Shown here piece by piece: positions 1 through 14,346 of a DNA stretch of 64,000 bases. Each line of letters opens with the position of its first letter. Position 1 is the stretch's first letter. The translations under genes and the position numbers were made by a program. The DNA lies in NCBI RefSeq assembly GCF_009914755.1, contig NC_060936.1. One strand, given 5' to 3'. The notes beneath the pieces were generated by a model that was not told where the DNA came from, did no database searches, and worked only from the letters and a program-made list of their open reading frames with translations. This stretch comes from the human T2T-CHM13v2.0 reference genome, Homo sapiens.

Positions 1-413
1 TTTTTTTAGTTATGGTCAAGAAAATGAAAAAGGAATCTCTGCTAGCATGCTGAATAGTCCCCATCACCAGTCCCGACCATCAGTTAATGATGATAGAGAG
101 CTTCTTACACCCAGTTGGACACTGGACTTAAAAGCTCTCTAAAGTCTCTTCCAAATCTAAGATTTTATTGTTCTGGGTGGATCATTGAATGTGGCAAATA
201 CATGTCAGAGTTTTTTTACTTTGTGTTCAAAGTAGATTTCTGAAACTCTTTGTGACACCCGTGTTCTCTTCTTTATGAGACTGCTAATTTTTGAGATTAA
301 CTTTTAATATCTGCCTTCCAAGCATGAGTCTTACAAGAACTTATGCTTATTGCCTTTCCTTGAAACTATGTAGTTTTGTAGATCAAGTTTTGAAATGTTA
401 CTTAGTTCACTGG

Positions 414-749
414 CCTGCCTGCCCGCCCGCCCTCCCTCCCTCTCTCTCTCTCTCTCTCTCTTTCTTTCTTGACACAGTCTCACTCTATAGTCTAAGCTGG
501 AGTGCAGTGATGCAATCTTGCCTCACCGTAGCCTCCACCTCCTCAGTTCAAGTGATTCTTCTGCCTCAGCCTCTGAGTAGCTAGGATTATAGGTGTATGA
601 CACCACACCTGGCTAATTTTTGTATTTTTAGTAGAGATGGGGTTTCACCATGTTGGCCAGGCTGGTCCTGAACTCCTGACCTCAGGTGATCCTCCCACCT
701 TGGCCTCCCAAAGTTCTGGGATTACAGGTGTGAGCCACAGTGCCTGGCC
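414..749 (-). mobile_element. Alu (S-like) with tail decayed to CCCT/(CT)n
   Basis: Alu body in reverse; TSD agttcactgg (404-413) / agttcattgg (750-759). Confidence 0.92.
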
Positions 750-1866
750 AGTTCATTGGGTTTCTGAGGGCACTAGAAATTACTTGAAGTCCCTTCCATG
801 GCTTGGGTGGGAGTAGAGACTCTCATCCCTGACTCTGTCTAAGTTAGAGTAGCTCCATTTCTATCTCTGTGATATCTTGAATTTCCAAGTAAGCATTTGT
901 TTGCCAAAAAAACTTTTAAAAATCACCACTGTTTTACTGGATGACTTTTTAAGCTATAATACTTTTTTTTTTCCTAGTTGGAAGGATGTTTTGTCTAGAG
1001 GGATTTTTGATTAAGCTGGAAGCAATATGAGGGTTTTGTTTGTTTGTTTGTTTGTTTTTGTGCCATGCAGTGTCTACTCTCAGAGTCTATCAGCCCCTTT
1101 ATGTCACCCAGGCTTTGACTCAGGGCCTTCCACATCATGGTAGGACAGGCCTCATGCCTCTCTTCTTGAAGCTTTCAGTCCAGCAGAAGGTTGTGATTCT
1201 TCCATCCAAGATTGTAGAGATTGTTAATTTATAGGAGTCAGAAATTATTAGAGCTACTCAAGGTTCCTTTAAGCCTAAAGGGGCTTGGAAGTTTTTTTTT
1301 TTGAACAAGAGACATTAACAGGTCAGTTCTCAGGCTCAGACAGAGAAAACATGGTAGTGAGCCTGAGTGGGCAGACAGGCTGATTCTTAATCCACTAATT
1401 GCTGATCCCCTTAAGTTTCAATGAAAGGCAAAGTAACAAAGGCAATTAGCTTAGTTGTAAAGAAGCTCCTTCTGGGAAAAAGAAAGGGAAAAAAGAATAA
1501 AGGGATACATTTCTGAGGGCAGGCTGGGAATTGTCTTTTCAAGATTTTTAGAGACATAGCCTCAGCTGCTTTGAGAATGCAGGTTTTGGAGGGGGCTGGT
1601 TAGGTAGGTGGAAGTTACTGGGAGAAAGGGAGAGAGAAAAGAAGCAGCATTTTGGTCAATCTCCGTGAAACACAGCACTATGTCTACATTTAATTAGAGC
1701 ACAATAACTGTTATTATTCATTGTTGTTAATTAATATTGTTATGTAGATCATAGTTTTATCTACCAAGTGTGAAAGTATGAAAACATAATTTAAAGAATG
1801 TTGTTTGAAAAGGACAGTTGTTGCAACACGTTAAAGTACATTTTGACGTTTAACCAATGTTTTTAG

Positions 1867-1981
1867 GATTCTTCTAAGAAGTCTTTAAAGACTAAGAAGC
1901 CACAGCAGATACTACTGCCTGAAAAGATAAATGAACAGCTGGCCTTGTTGGAGACACACCTACTCAAACTGACAAAGCAAT
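1867..1981 (+). CDS. CFAP54: CFAP54 internal coding exon (window exon E1), DSSKKSLKTKKPQQILLPEKINEQLALLETHLLKLTKQ
   Basis: ttttag acceptor at 1865-66, gtaatc donor at 1982; 115 nt, phase 0 to 1; joins E2 in frame (T|AT = Tyr). Confidence 0.88.
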
Positions 1982-2074
1982 GTAATCATTTGTTTTCTGT
2001 ATACTTCCATTTAGCATTAAGTTTTTTAAAACGAGAAACTATTTTGTTCAAAGGATTAAGATGAGATTAGCATT

Positions 2075-2243
2075 TGGTAAACCCTTTAAGGTTTACACAG
2101 TGCTTTTATATCATTAATCCTAACAATACCCTGTTAATAAGGGATTGCTAACCACTTTTTACAGATGTGGCTCATAAAGATTAAGTGATTTACTTAGGAT
2201 TACATAGCTGGCTTGGACTTGAGCCTGTGTCTTCTGACTCTAA
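2075..2243 (+). mobile_element. MIR fragment
   Basis: tttttacagatg...ttaagtgatttacttaggattacatagct...tctgactc resembles the MIR core. Confidence 0.6.
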
Positions 2244-2244
2244 A

Positions 2245-2452
2245 GCAAGTTTTCTCAACCTCGACACTATCAGCATTTTGGGCCAGGTAGTTCTTTGTTG
2301 TGGGGGACTGTCCTTGGCACTGTATGATATTGAGTAGCATCCCTGGCCTCTACTCACAGAAGCACAGCACACCACCCCCTAGTTGTGACAACCATCTGGG
2401 TATCCTTGGTGGGAGAGTGGGAGGGGGTTATGGGTGGCACAAAAATCACTGC
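2245..2452. mobile_element. MER20 (hAT-Charlie DNA transposon)
   Basis: ttctcaacctcgacactat...ctttgttgtgggggactgtcc...agcatccctggcctctac...agttgtgacaacca matches recalled MER20. Confidence 0.8.
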
Positions 2453-3139
2453 TTTGAAGTCAGAAATGCAACTGAGAAATAAAGGAATAGTGTGAGTGTT
2501 GTTAATGTGTAAGTGGTTTGAACCAATGCCTTTCAGAGTAGAAAGCAGAGTGAAAGATTAGTTTAATTTTAGGTCGTTGTACTGTAGTAATTTCATAATA
2601 AACCAATGTGTTAATGCAATGATTGGTATTTTGGAGTTTGCAGCCTGGAAGGTTACTTGGGAAATTGAGTTAGTTTCTGGTGATGATTAGTATTGTCACA
2701 TTTTTAAAAAGCAGGTACTTCAAATCTTCTAGAACAAGAGAGTATCCAAATTTGAGCCTTAAACCAAGTACGAGGCTCTACTTTTGCCCCATGGCCTTTG
2801 GGGATGAGGCTACACTTGTAGAATTCCATGTCCCTACCTCACCTTTCCTACTGTGTGCCTCTGTTCTATCTTGTGGGCTTCACTGACTTGGATCTCTCTC
2901 TTTTAATATGTTCCATGCCTGTTTCAAGCATGGATTTATGAATTGAACTAAGAATTTGATTATTCCCATAATTAGTTTACCTAGCTTTGGGAAAGCTGTA
3001 ATCATCTTATTATATATATAAAGTATAATTCCTTAAAACATACAGTGTTCTAGAAATGTGAATTATTTATTTTCATAATATCAGTAAAAATATTTTACCA
3101 AGAAGCACAATGAGCTATAACTAGCTAAATAGTAAATTC

Positions 3140-3167
3140 TCCCTGGTGGTCTAATGGTTAGAAAAGG
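3140..3167 (+). pseudogene. Retroposed 5' fragment of tRNA-Glu(CTC)
   Basis: TCCCTGGTGGTCTAATGGTTAG (3140-3161) matches the tRNA-Glu 5' end at 21/22; flanked by aatagtaaattc at 3128-3139 and 3168-3179. Confidence 0.8.
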
Positions 3168-3199
3168 AATAGTAAATTCAAAAACAATAATAAAATGAT

Positions 3200-3460
3200 A
3201 GTTTTGTACAGTGTTTTCTGTGTGCCAGTCACTATTTTACAAAATATACTATTTTTATAAAATATACACATTAAAACTCATGCAACCTGTATATAAGAGC
3301 CAGAAGAAGATACTATTATTATCTCCATTATAAAGATATGGAAACTGAGGCACAGAGAATCTAAATAACTTTCCAAGGTTTCATAACTAAAAAATGTCAT
3401 AGTTAGAATTTGAACCCAGCCAGTCTGGCTCCAGCAGTGACTGTGTTATACTTTACTGCC
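3200..3460 (+). mobile_element. MIR
   Basis: ggaaactgaggcacagaga...atttgaacccagccagtctggctccag core. Confidence 0.8.
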
Positions 3461-3817
3461 TTTTAAAGATAATTTTGCTAAAATGGGGTAAATGTAATTG
3501 GTAGATTTCTGAGTCTTGGGTTTGCTGATATATGACAGCTGTTGAAAAAAAGAGAATCATGCCTTGGAAACTCTTTACCTATTTGGTGGTGGACCCCTTA
3601 GCTTTTAGGGGGAAAAGTGAAGCAAATAATTTCATCAGATTATTTTTATTTCCAAAATGTAATGCTATAATTGCTATTTTAAGGCACATAATTTAGAATA
3701 AATAGTATTTTCCTGTTTTGTCATCTCTTTTAAAGAATTGTTATTGTGAATTACTCAAAAAATTTGTATTTTGCGTTACTAAACAGAACATACAACTTTT
3801 GAATTTTTTAACCTTAG

Positions 3818-3907
3818 ATGTTACATCTGAACTCTCAGGAGGAGAGGACCCTATATTTCTTTATCCTGTAGTTTTGAATTGGTCGGTCAAAGGTGCCGTG
3901 AAAGAAG
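3818..3907 (+). CDS. CFAP54: CFAP54 exon E2, (Y)VTSELSGGEDPIFLYPVVLNWSVKGAVKE
   Basis: ccttag acceptor, gtaggt donor; 90 nt, phase 1 to 1. Confidence 0.9.
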
Positions 3908-4201
3908 GTAGGTGAACTGGATGTGTATATGCTGTTCACTCGATTTATCACTGAAGAGAATTAATTCTGTGGATTTTGTTTCTGTTGTCTGCTTGAAGAT
4001 TTCACCTGTTTCAGGCAGAATATTTTGAATTCTTACCCACTCAGAATAATGCAGAATCCTGATTGCCAAGTAATGAAAGAGACCTAAAGAGGTACCTGAT
4101 TTAAAGTCTGGAAAGACAGAATCTTGATGGTGGCTTATTTTGGTAGTGAATGGTGTTATTATGAAGCTTACAAAAACTAAGGCATTGAAAAACATATTAG
4201 T

Positions 4202-4541
<340 letters not shown>

Positions 4542-4912
4542 CTAATGAGAAATGGCAACATAATTGATTAATTCAGAGTGAAATATAATAAAAATTAGGA
4601 TTACTAGTTATGATAATTATCAACAATTTTTCCCCCAGTTAGTCATACATTAGAAGTGACCTTAATGAAATCTTTCTCAATGCTGAGATATTTAGAAAAT
4701 AAATTTAATATAGACTGTAAAGGATTCATTGATATTAGAAAAACAATAGTTCACACCACATTTATTCCTATATACTTTTTAAAATGGAGAAATCTAAAAA
4801 GCAGATTAATAAACTTGCCTGTTGGAACAAAATGACTGCTAGCACTGGCAACCCTTTGGTACTAATAATTGAGTATATTGTTAACTATATATGAACTTCC
4901 TTGTTATTACAG

Positions 4913-5039
4913 TTATGAAATTTAAGCAAAAACCAAGATTTCTGGAATTCTTTACACAAGTTATGCTAAAATGCATGAATGAGGAAAAATTTCATCTTAT
5001 GGTAGAGGTAACAACTCCTGTCCATGACTTCTTGAAAAG
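4913..5039 (+). CDS. CFAP54: CFAP54 exon E3, (V)MKFKQKPRFLEFFTQVMLKCMNEEKFHLMVEVTTPVHDFLK
   Basis: ttacag acceptor, gtactt donor; 127 nt, phase 1 to 2. Confidence 0.9.
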
Positions 5040-6027
5040 GTACTTGCAATTATCAGTGTTATACATGTTAACAACTTTAAAAAATGAATATCATTGTCAG
5101 TTTTAAGAAATATAAGGTAGACGAAAAAGAGAGTGGAGTATATACAGTTAAAACCACTGCCTAAGAGATAGTGAAAATTCATGTCTGTGTAAATAAATAA
5201 CTAAAAATAAAAATATATATACAATGTACTCACAAATGAGAATAGAGCATGTTCAGGTCTCTAGCTGGAAACAGATTAAGTCTTTTGCTATTGAGTCAGG
5301 ATGGATAATAGTATCTCTAGGCCATCAGTTCTTTCTCACACAAGGTTTTGGCTCCAGTTTTGGTCATTTACCACGTGTTTGTAATTCTTCTATGGTAACA
5401 AATAGAGCCATTTCTTGAAGTTTCCATTTGTATATGTGAAGAGGGAGTTCCTCAAATAAAAGCAGTAAACCTTAAAGCTGCCCCTCTTATTCTCTAAGCC
5501 TGAATGATTCTCTTTGCTCCCAAATAAAATGATAGTGCTTCACACCAATTATGAGACATGCCAAATGAATCCAACTTTTCTTTTATCAACTGAGAGTGGG
5601 CTTTTCTTCACTGGGCATTGATCTGTCCATCCCATTTTAATAAAAGTAAACAGTAACATGAAACCTGTTTTTGAAATGGCAGCAAAAGAGAAGCATTCCC
5701 TTAAAAACATATAGAAAGATTTCTTCCTAAAATAGGTACTTCATTTATTAGAACAGAAGCTTAGAGTATATATATGCTTCATATTTTCAAAAGATAAAAG
5801 AAGAAATTGCTTATATTAAATGAAACAGGCCGTGATAATAACAGAATTGTTCAGAATTAGAGTTCTATTAAATTTTTTAAAAAATAGCTAAAATTAGATA
5901 TTTAGGGGGGTTAAATAATGTTCTTGATTCCAAAGAAAAACAGAAGATACTTTCAGTGTACAGGCAAATGTGGAGGGCTGGCTGTGGAAGTCTAACTTAA
6001 GAATAAGAGATATTCTGGAAGAGGAGT

Positions 6028-6317
6028 ATAAGATTATAATACTGTATTTATACTGTACTTTTTCCATGTTTGGATATGTTTAGATACATAAATACTGACT
6101 ATTATGTTACAACATCGCCTACAGCGTTCAGTATAGTAACATGCTGTATGGGTTTGTAGTCTAGGAGCAATAGGCTGTACTATATCACGAAGATGTGTAG
6201 CAGGTGGTACCAGCTAGGTTTGCATAAGTACACTCTATGATGTTCACACAATGACAAAATTCCCTAACAAAGTATTTCTCAGAATGTATCCCTACCGCTA
6301 AGTGACACATGGCTGTA
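6028..6317 (+). mobile_element. Tigger3a-like DNA transposon, 5' end missing
   Basis: taagattataatactgta...gtttgtagtctaggagcaataggct...tttctcagaatgtatccc...gacacatggctgta. Confidence 0.8.
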
Positions 6318-7238
6318 TAAATAGTTAAAACAATGAACAACTCCTCAGTAACGCTGACTTGAATAAAAATTTTAAAATACTATTTATCAAAATGAAAAGC
6401 AGTCAGTCAGAGCTCCACAGAGCAGTGAACAGATCAAGGAGTGGAGGAGTTTAATTTATTCAATGGATGAAGGTTCTGCTGTGCGTGGAGGAGAATGCTG
6501 AGATGGTGGCAAAGACTGTAGTCTAAATGTGACCTCCTCTCCTTCCCATCTCTTTCTGGAAGAACATAACCACCAGGTCAAGCACCCTGGTAGTGAGGGA
6601 GAGAGAGAGGAGAGGCTGTAGAGAAGAGACGTAGCTGGTTGGAAATGGAAGGCAGTCTTAGGCTGCAAGTTGTGGAGGATGGCTCCCCAAGTCCCTTATG
6701 GTCATTGATCAAAGGCTTCTAATTTAGGCAGCAAAACATTTGCCCAAACGAATGTCAACTAACTGGGTGATTCTTAGGATTGTTACAGCTGAACCGGGGT
6801 TCCAGACAACCATGGGATTAGGATTATCTTCATCAAAACTGGAGCGAAGGGACCAAGATGGATTTGGGTCAAGTTCCAACCCCTGGAACTAGCTATCCAG
6901 GCTTACCCCGTCTTGTCATTAGCCTTGCATTAATAAGACCCTACATTTTATTCAAGTTTTGGGATCCCATTTATCATATTAAGCAGTTTTGCTGTACCTG
7001 GCTAGTACTTACGAAGAAATATAAATTCAAAAAAAAAAAATAGAAATTTCAGGAAAAATAGGCAAGTGTCAATAAAGGGACAGTGAGAGATGATAGTATT
7101 GGTAAAAGGTCCGCTCAGTTCCTGTTGGTATTCAGAGGGCAGCAGTGGCTGGGAGCTTGCAAAAGATGGAACCAAAGAGATTGAAATCTGTTGGAAGCAA
7201 GGAAGCTTGTCTAGGGTTACTTTTACAGTATTCTCTGA

Positions 7239-7712
<474 letters not shown>

Positions 7713-7990
7713 TATACATTGTATAATATATTTTAAAACTTATTTATTCAGTCTCCTGTAAATAGGCATTTAAATCTTCCTAATTTTTTATTATTATAAA
7801 CAGTGCTGCAAAGAACATTCTTATACATGTGTCCTTATGCATGTGTGAGAGTTTCTGTAAATATACAGGGCTGTAGTTTCCAAGATATGAACATTTTAAC
7901 ATTAGTGGATATTGCTCAGTTGCTCTTAAACTTTTATCAATGTTGTGAAAAGTTTCTATTATTCAACATCTTCATTGATACTCACATTTT
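7713..7990 (-). mobile_element. L1M fragment, apparent local copy of 9835-10115
   Basis: colinear with 9835-10115, roughly 75-80% identity by eye. Confidence 0.7.
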
Positions 7991-8192
7991 ATGATATGAT
8001 TTACACTTTGCTCTTTTGAGAGACCAGCTATTTCATGCTGAACAGAGATATCACAGTCAAATTGATGCATAGGACACAAGCAGTTTTAGATATTCTTGTA
8101 TACTTTCAGTGAAAACTTTAAAGACATATTACTTTGGGGTAGTTCTGCAAATTTTTGCAGGTCTTTTTGACTGACTTTATCTTTTTTATTAG

Positions 8193-8304
8193 GAGAAATG
8201 AGTCTCTACTTGGACTAATAAAAGTGAAATATAAGGATAGTGCTTTGAATAAAAAAGCAAACAAATCTTTAAAGTTCAAAGCTGCAGTAATGGAAATTGG
8301 AAGA
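8193..8304 (+). CDS. CFAP54: CFAP54 exon E4, (R)RNESLLGLIKVKYKDSALNKKANKSLKFKAAVMEIGR
   Basis: ttttttattag acceptor, gtaagt donor; 112 nt, phase 2 to 0. Confidence 0.9.
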
Positions 8305-8650
8305 GTAAGTTTCCTATGAGTTTTGAATTTTAGGTAATGAAATTAAGAGATTCATGTATCTAGAGATGATTGGCTACATTTAAACTCATTATAATATGAA
8401 ACAGAAGGATATACTAACAAGCATAATTTTATAATTACACAATACAACTTTTAGATTAACATGTAGATATTGTTATAATCAGATTTTTTTTGTCTACAGG
8501 GGTACTTCTGCTGCCTTTGATAGTAATTTTAATTGAGGATATAAACTACTGTATTTCAATGTCAAGAGATAAGCATTAGAGTATGAATAAATTATACTAC
8601 TGTGTTCAAAGTTTAAATTTAACTTGTAACATTTTATCTCCTCTATTAAG

Positions 8651-8751
8651 AGTGCAGAAATGCAACAAAGAATAAGAAGTAAAAAAAAGGAAACTCTAAG
8701 AGATTTCATTTTTAAAAATCCGGCTATTTCTGAAATGGTGGCACATGAAAG
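8651..8751 (+). CDS. CFAP54: CFAP54 exon E5, SAEMQQRIRSKKKETLRDFIFKNPAISEMVAHE
   Basis: ctctattaag acceptor, gtattc donor; 101 nt, phase 0 to 2. Confidence 0.88.
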
Positions 8752-8754
8752 GTA

Positions 8755-9030
8755 TTCACTAATTAATTAATTCAATAAAAGTTTACTTGAGGGTAACTAT
8801 GTGTTGGGCATTATTTTGGGTACTAGGGATACACTGGTGGACCAGACAGGTGAAATCACTGCCTTCAAGGAACTTACATACTAATGAAAAAAGCATAGTA
8901 AACAAGTAAACACCTAAATAAACAAGACAGTTAAAAATGGTGATAAATGTTATAAAGTAAATGAACTAATATAGAATATTTGGCTTGGCATGAAGGTGGT
9001 GGTGGCAATAGTTTAGATAGGGTGGTTAGG
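8755..9030. mobile_element. L2 fragment
   Basis: tttacttgagggtaactatgtgttgggcattattttgggtactagggatac...ccttcaaggaacttaca. Confidence 0.65.
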
Positions 9031-12000
9031 AGAACAAATTGGTAAATTATCAGTGAACCTAAAGTTCTTGATTATAAAATATATTATGGCAAAATGTTTA
9101 GTTTCTGTTTTTTTAAGTACACATTATAAGTACACATGTGTAAGAATTTTTTATTCTTATACATTCTTTATATATCTTACCTTCATTATCTAATGTTTTT
9201 CTATACCTGTTTAGTGATTTTGATTTTAATTTACACCGCATAGATATTAATAGAACCAATTCCACTTTGTTTTTATTTGCATTTGCCTACTATCTCTTTG
9301 ATTATTCCTTCATTTTCTTTATTTAAATTATGACATATTTTTAGATAGGTATAAAAATAATATAACAACTATGCAACTTAACATGTAAAACCTTTCAAAC
9401 ACAGTTGAAATCCCTGTGTACCCGTGTTGGTATGCATTTCTGTTTTCCTCTATCCTGGAAATAATACTATGCCAAAATTTCGTGTTTATTATGCTGATGA
9501 GTGAATTCATATGTCAACCACATATGTATGTAGCCCCAAATAATGCATGCTGTAATTTTTTTCCAATTTGCTTTGGAAATTTGCCTTTTTTCTCTCAATA
9601 TTATGTTTGTGATTTTTTGAAATGTCACTTATACGTAAGTCTACTTTATTAATTTCACTGCTGAATGGTATTTCATTATATACTAAATATCATATAATAA
9701 ATTATATAATAGTGTAATGCGTTACATTATTGTATACATATTTCTGTGTGCATAATACTACACATAAATATAAATAACATAATTTAACATGCATAAACAA
9801 TATATATTATGCATATATCATATAATATATATTATATATTGTATAATAAATTTTTTAAATGATTTATTCAGTCTCTCATAAATAAACATTTAAATTCTTT
9901 CTAACTTTTCACTGTTTTAAACAATGTTACAAAGGACATTCTTGTATATGTCTCCTTATGTATGTGTGAGAGTTTCTGTAGGGTAAATACACAGCGTTGC
10001 GGTTTTCAAGATACGAACATTTTAGCATTACTAGATATTGCTAAGTTGCTCTTAAATTTGTATCAATGTTGTGAAAAATTTCTGTTATTCAAGGTCTTCA
10101 CCAACACTTGACATTATTATCACATTTTTGTGGAACTATGTGGTATGAAATTTTATCTCATTGTTTCAATTTTCATTTCTTTGATTCCTAAGGTTAGGCA
10201 TCTTTTCATATTTTTATTTGGCCCAAGGGTTTTTCCAGTCTCAGGACTGCTTGTTTGTATCCGTTGCACATTTAAAAACTTTTGTTTTCTTATTTAATTT
10301 TATAAGTTTGGATGCTAATGCTTCTCCCAGTTTGTGGCTCATCAGTTCACATTTTAAAGTTTTTTAATAATTAATTCAAAAGTTTTAATTCTTAATGGAG
10401 TCAAATATATCAATGTTTCCCTTTATTGTTTTGGAAATTCCTAATCTGGGATAGTAAAGATATTCTCTTTGTAAATTTAAATTTTTGATTTTCACATTTA
10501 GGAATTTCATTAATTTGTTTTTGCGTATGGTGAGAAGATGAGTCCCTTTCACTCTTTTTTTAGTTTTGTTGCAGGTATTCAGTTGGCCGGCACAATTTAT
10601 TGAGTAATCTATTCTATTGTCACTGTTAACTTTATCACTTAACAAGTTTTCATATATGTAGCTTTGGGATCTCTTCTCTGTTTGATTAGTCTATTAACTT
10701 ATTCCTGAGTCAATATCAAACCATCATAATTACTCTAGTTTTAAATTGAGTTTTGCTGTCTGAAGAACAAGTTTCTCCAGAATATTCTTTTCCTTCGTGC
10801 AAGTCTTGGGAGTCTTGGGTATTCTTCCACAAAATGGAATGGTTTTTTGATTAATACAAAAAACTCTATTATGATTTTGATAAAGATAGAATTGAATGTA
10901 TGTATTGGTATAGGAAGGTTTTTAAAAATTATTTATTTATTTATTTTTACACTGTTGTGTTTTTCTGTTAGTAGACAGATCACTTTCTTAGGTCTTTAAT
11001 GCCTTTCAATAAATTTCTATGATTTTCTCCATAACCGCGTTATATATCTTTTGTTAGATACATCAAGGAACTGTTTTTTGATATTAGTGTAAATTATATT
11101 TTAAAATTACATTTTTGAATTTTTCTATTCTTTGTATAGGTGTATAGTTGATTTTTTTGCGTACTGATCTTCTAAACAACTTGATAATTTATTTGTAGAT
11201 ACAGTTTTTTTGTGTGTGTGTGGACAGTCATAATCTGAAGAGATAATGTTTTGCTTATTCCTTTCTAATGCTCCAGCCTCTTCTTTCCTTTTCGTGTTTA
11301 GCCTACAGGCTAGGACTTCGAGTTTAATCAGGAAAAGAGTTTGTGATTGTGGACATCCTTGTTGTAACATGCATATTTAAAACTTTCTTATTTCCAGATA
11401 ATTATAGATGCATGTGCAGTTATAAGAAATAATACAGAGAGATCCCATATACCCTTCATCCAGTTTCTAATGATAGCTGTACAACTATAGTACAATATCA
11501 CAACCAGGAAATTGACATTGATATAATCCACTGACCTTATTTGGATTACAGCAAGTTTGCATGCACATGTGTGTGTGTTTGTGTGTCTGTGTGTATATTC
11601 TATGCAATCTGTAGAATTTGTATGACCACCACAGTATGTAACCTTTTGAGGCTTTTTGTTTCACTTAGCATAATTCCCTTGAGAGTCACCCAAGTTGTGT
11701 GTATCCACGAGTTCACTTATTATTGCTTAGTAGTATTCCATGGCATAAATCTTCCATAGTTTATTACCATTTACCTATTGAAGAGCATTTAGATTGTTTC
11801 TAATCCAATAGCATTTGACTATTAGGAATAATGCTGTGATGAACATTCATGTGCAGTTTTTATATAAACATAAATCTTCATTTCTCTGTGATAAATACCC
11901 AAGAGTGCAATTGCTTGGTCGAATAGTAAGCATGTTTAATTTTGTAAGGCATCCTCCACTCTTTTGCAGACTGGCTGCACATTTTTACATTCCCATCAAC

Positions 12001-12138
12001 AGTATATGAGTGATCTAGTTTCTACTCATGCTTTCCAGCATTGAGTATTATTACTGGTTTTTAAATTTTAGCTATTAAAATAGGTGTGTAGTGATATCTC
12101 ATGGCCTTAATTTGCATTTCTCTAATGGCTAATGATAG

Positions 12139-12453
<315 letters not shown>

Positions 12454-13169
12454 AAACATCTTTTTATATGCTTACTTGCCATCTGTATATCCTCTTTAGT
12501 GAAATATCTGTTTATGTCTTTTGCTCATTTTCTCATTGGATTGTTTTTATTTTTCTGTTGAATTTTGAGAATTCTTTATATATTCTAGATACGAGGCCTT
12601 TGTTGCATATGTTATTGGCAAATACTTTTTCCCAGTATGTGGCTTGTCTTCTCATCCTCTTCACAGATTCTTTTGCAGAGCACAATTTTTAAATCTTGAT
12701 GAGGTCCAGCTTATCAATTTTTCCTTTAATGGGTTGTGCTTTTGGTGGCAAATCTAAAAACTTTTTGCCTAATCGTAGGTCCTTTTTTTCCCCTGCTAAG
12801 TTTTATGGTTTCATGTTTTCCATTTAAGTTGTGATTCATTTTGAGTTAATTTTTTGCATAAGATGTGAGGTTTAGATTGAACTTCATGTTTTTACCTGCG
12901 GATATCTAATTGCTCCAATGTCATTTCTTGAAAAGACTATCCTTCTTCCATTGAATCACTTTTGTACCTTTGTAAAAAATCAGCTGGACATATTTGTGCA
13001 GATCTATTTCTGAGTTCTGTATTCTGTTCCATTGATCTATGTGCCTCCCTCTGCCAATACCACATTCCCTTTCTTGATTACTGTTGTTATAGAGTAAACC
13101 TTAAAATCAAGTAGAGTGATTCTTTCCACTTTATTTTTTTTACAAAGTTGTTTTAGCTACTCTAGGATC

Positions 13170-13299
13170 TGTACCATTTCATATACATTTTAGAATAAGC
13201 TTGTCTGTAACACGAATTTTAAAGATCTATTTCTTGTACCATTTCATATACATTTTAGAATAAACTTGTCTATAATATGAATTTTAAAAATATATTTAT
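13170..13299. repeat. 65-bp tandem duplication
   Basis: tgtaccatttcatatacattttagaataa... starts at 13170 and again at 13235. Confidence 0.85.
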
Positions 13300-13504
13300 T
13301 GTTTCCCTTCTAAGTACCATATTTGCTTTGGGATTTGGGATGAAGCCCTTTATCACATTTAGGAAATTGTCTTCCATTTTTTATTTTCTAAGAGTTTTGT
13401 TATAAATTAAGTTTAATTTTGTTGAATATTTCTTTTTCATTGATTTTTTTCTTCTTTAATATGATCGTGCGATAAACTACATTATTACATAAATGTTAAA
13501 TGAT

Positions 13505-14346
13505 GTGTAGTATCTTTTTGCTCATACCACTCACTTCTGACACAAACCATGTGGTGTTTTCCAGCACCAACCAATTCTCCAGCACCAGCGGGGCAGCCCC
13601 ATATGCACTTCATGGAATTTCTCCTTAGGATAACATCCTGTATAACTATAGTACAAAAAGACAATTAAATGCTGACACTGTCGACATACAGTTAGCAGCA
13701 CATCCCACAAGTTAAAGGGCTTGGTTCCACAACACTGCCACCACTTCAGAGGCCACTCACAAATGTGATACCAGGATACCCACACTTCTGCCTAGCTGAC
13801 TATAAATTCAGAGATTCCCTCCTCAGGTTCGAAAATTTGCTACAATAGCTCACAAAACTCAGAAAAACACTTTAAATGTTTACTAGCTTAATATAAAAGA
13901 TACAAATGAATAGCCGCATCAGAAGGTACATACCAAGGGCAAAGTCCAGACGGCTTCTGAGCACAGGAGCTACTGTCCCTGTGGAGTTGGGAGCACCACC
14001 CTCCTAGCTTGTGGTTGTACCTACCTGGAAGCACCCTGAACCTCCGAGTTCAAGACTTTTCATAACCTGGCTTGCAGCCACCCTCCCCTCCAGGAGGTGG
14101 GAGGGGTGGGGCTGAAAGGTCTCACCCTCTAATCATGTGTTCAGTGATGATTAAGATAACCTATATCCTGAGGCTATCTAGAGGCTCTACCCTGAGTCGC
14201 CTCCTTAGCATAGACTTACATAGGTTCCACAGGGACTTTCTGTGAGTAACACATTTCTTTCACTCTGGAAATTCCAAGGGTTTGAAGACCTCTCTGTGCC
14301 AGAAACCAGGGGACAGGTACCAAATATGTATTTTTATTATACCACA
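13505..14346 (-). mobile_element. MER21-family LTR
   Basis: cttctgacac...ccaattctccagcaccagc...gctcacaaaactcagaaaaacac...ggaaattccaaggg...atgtatttttattataccaca. Confidence 0.7.
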
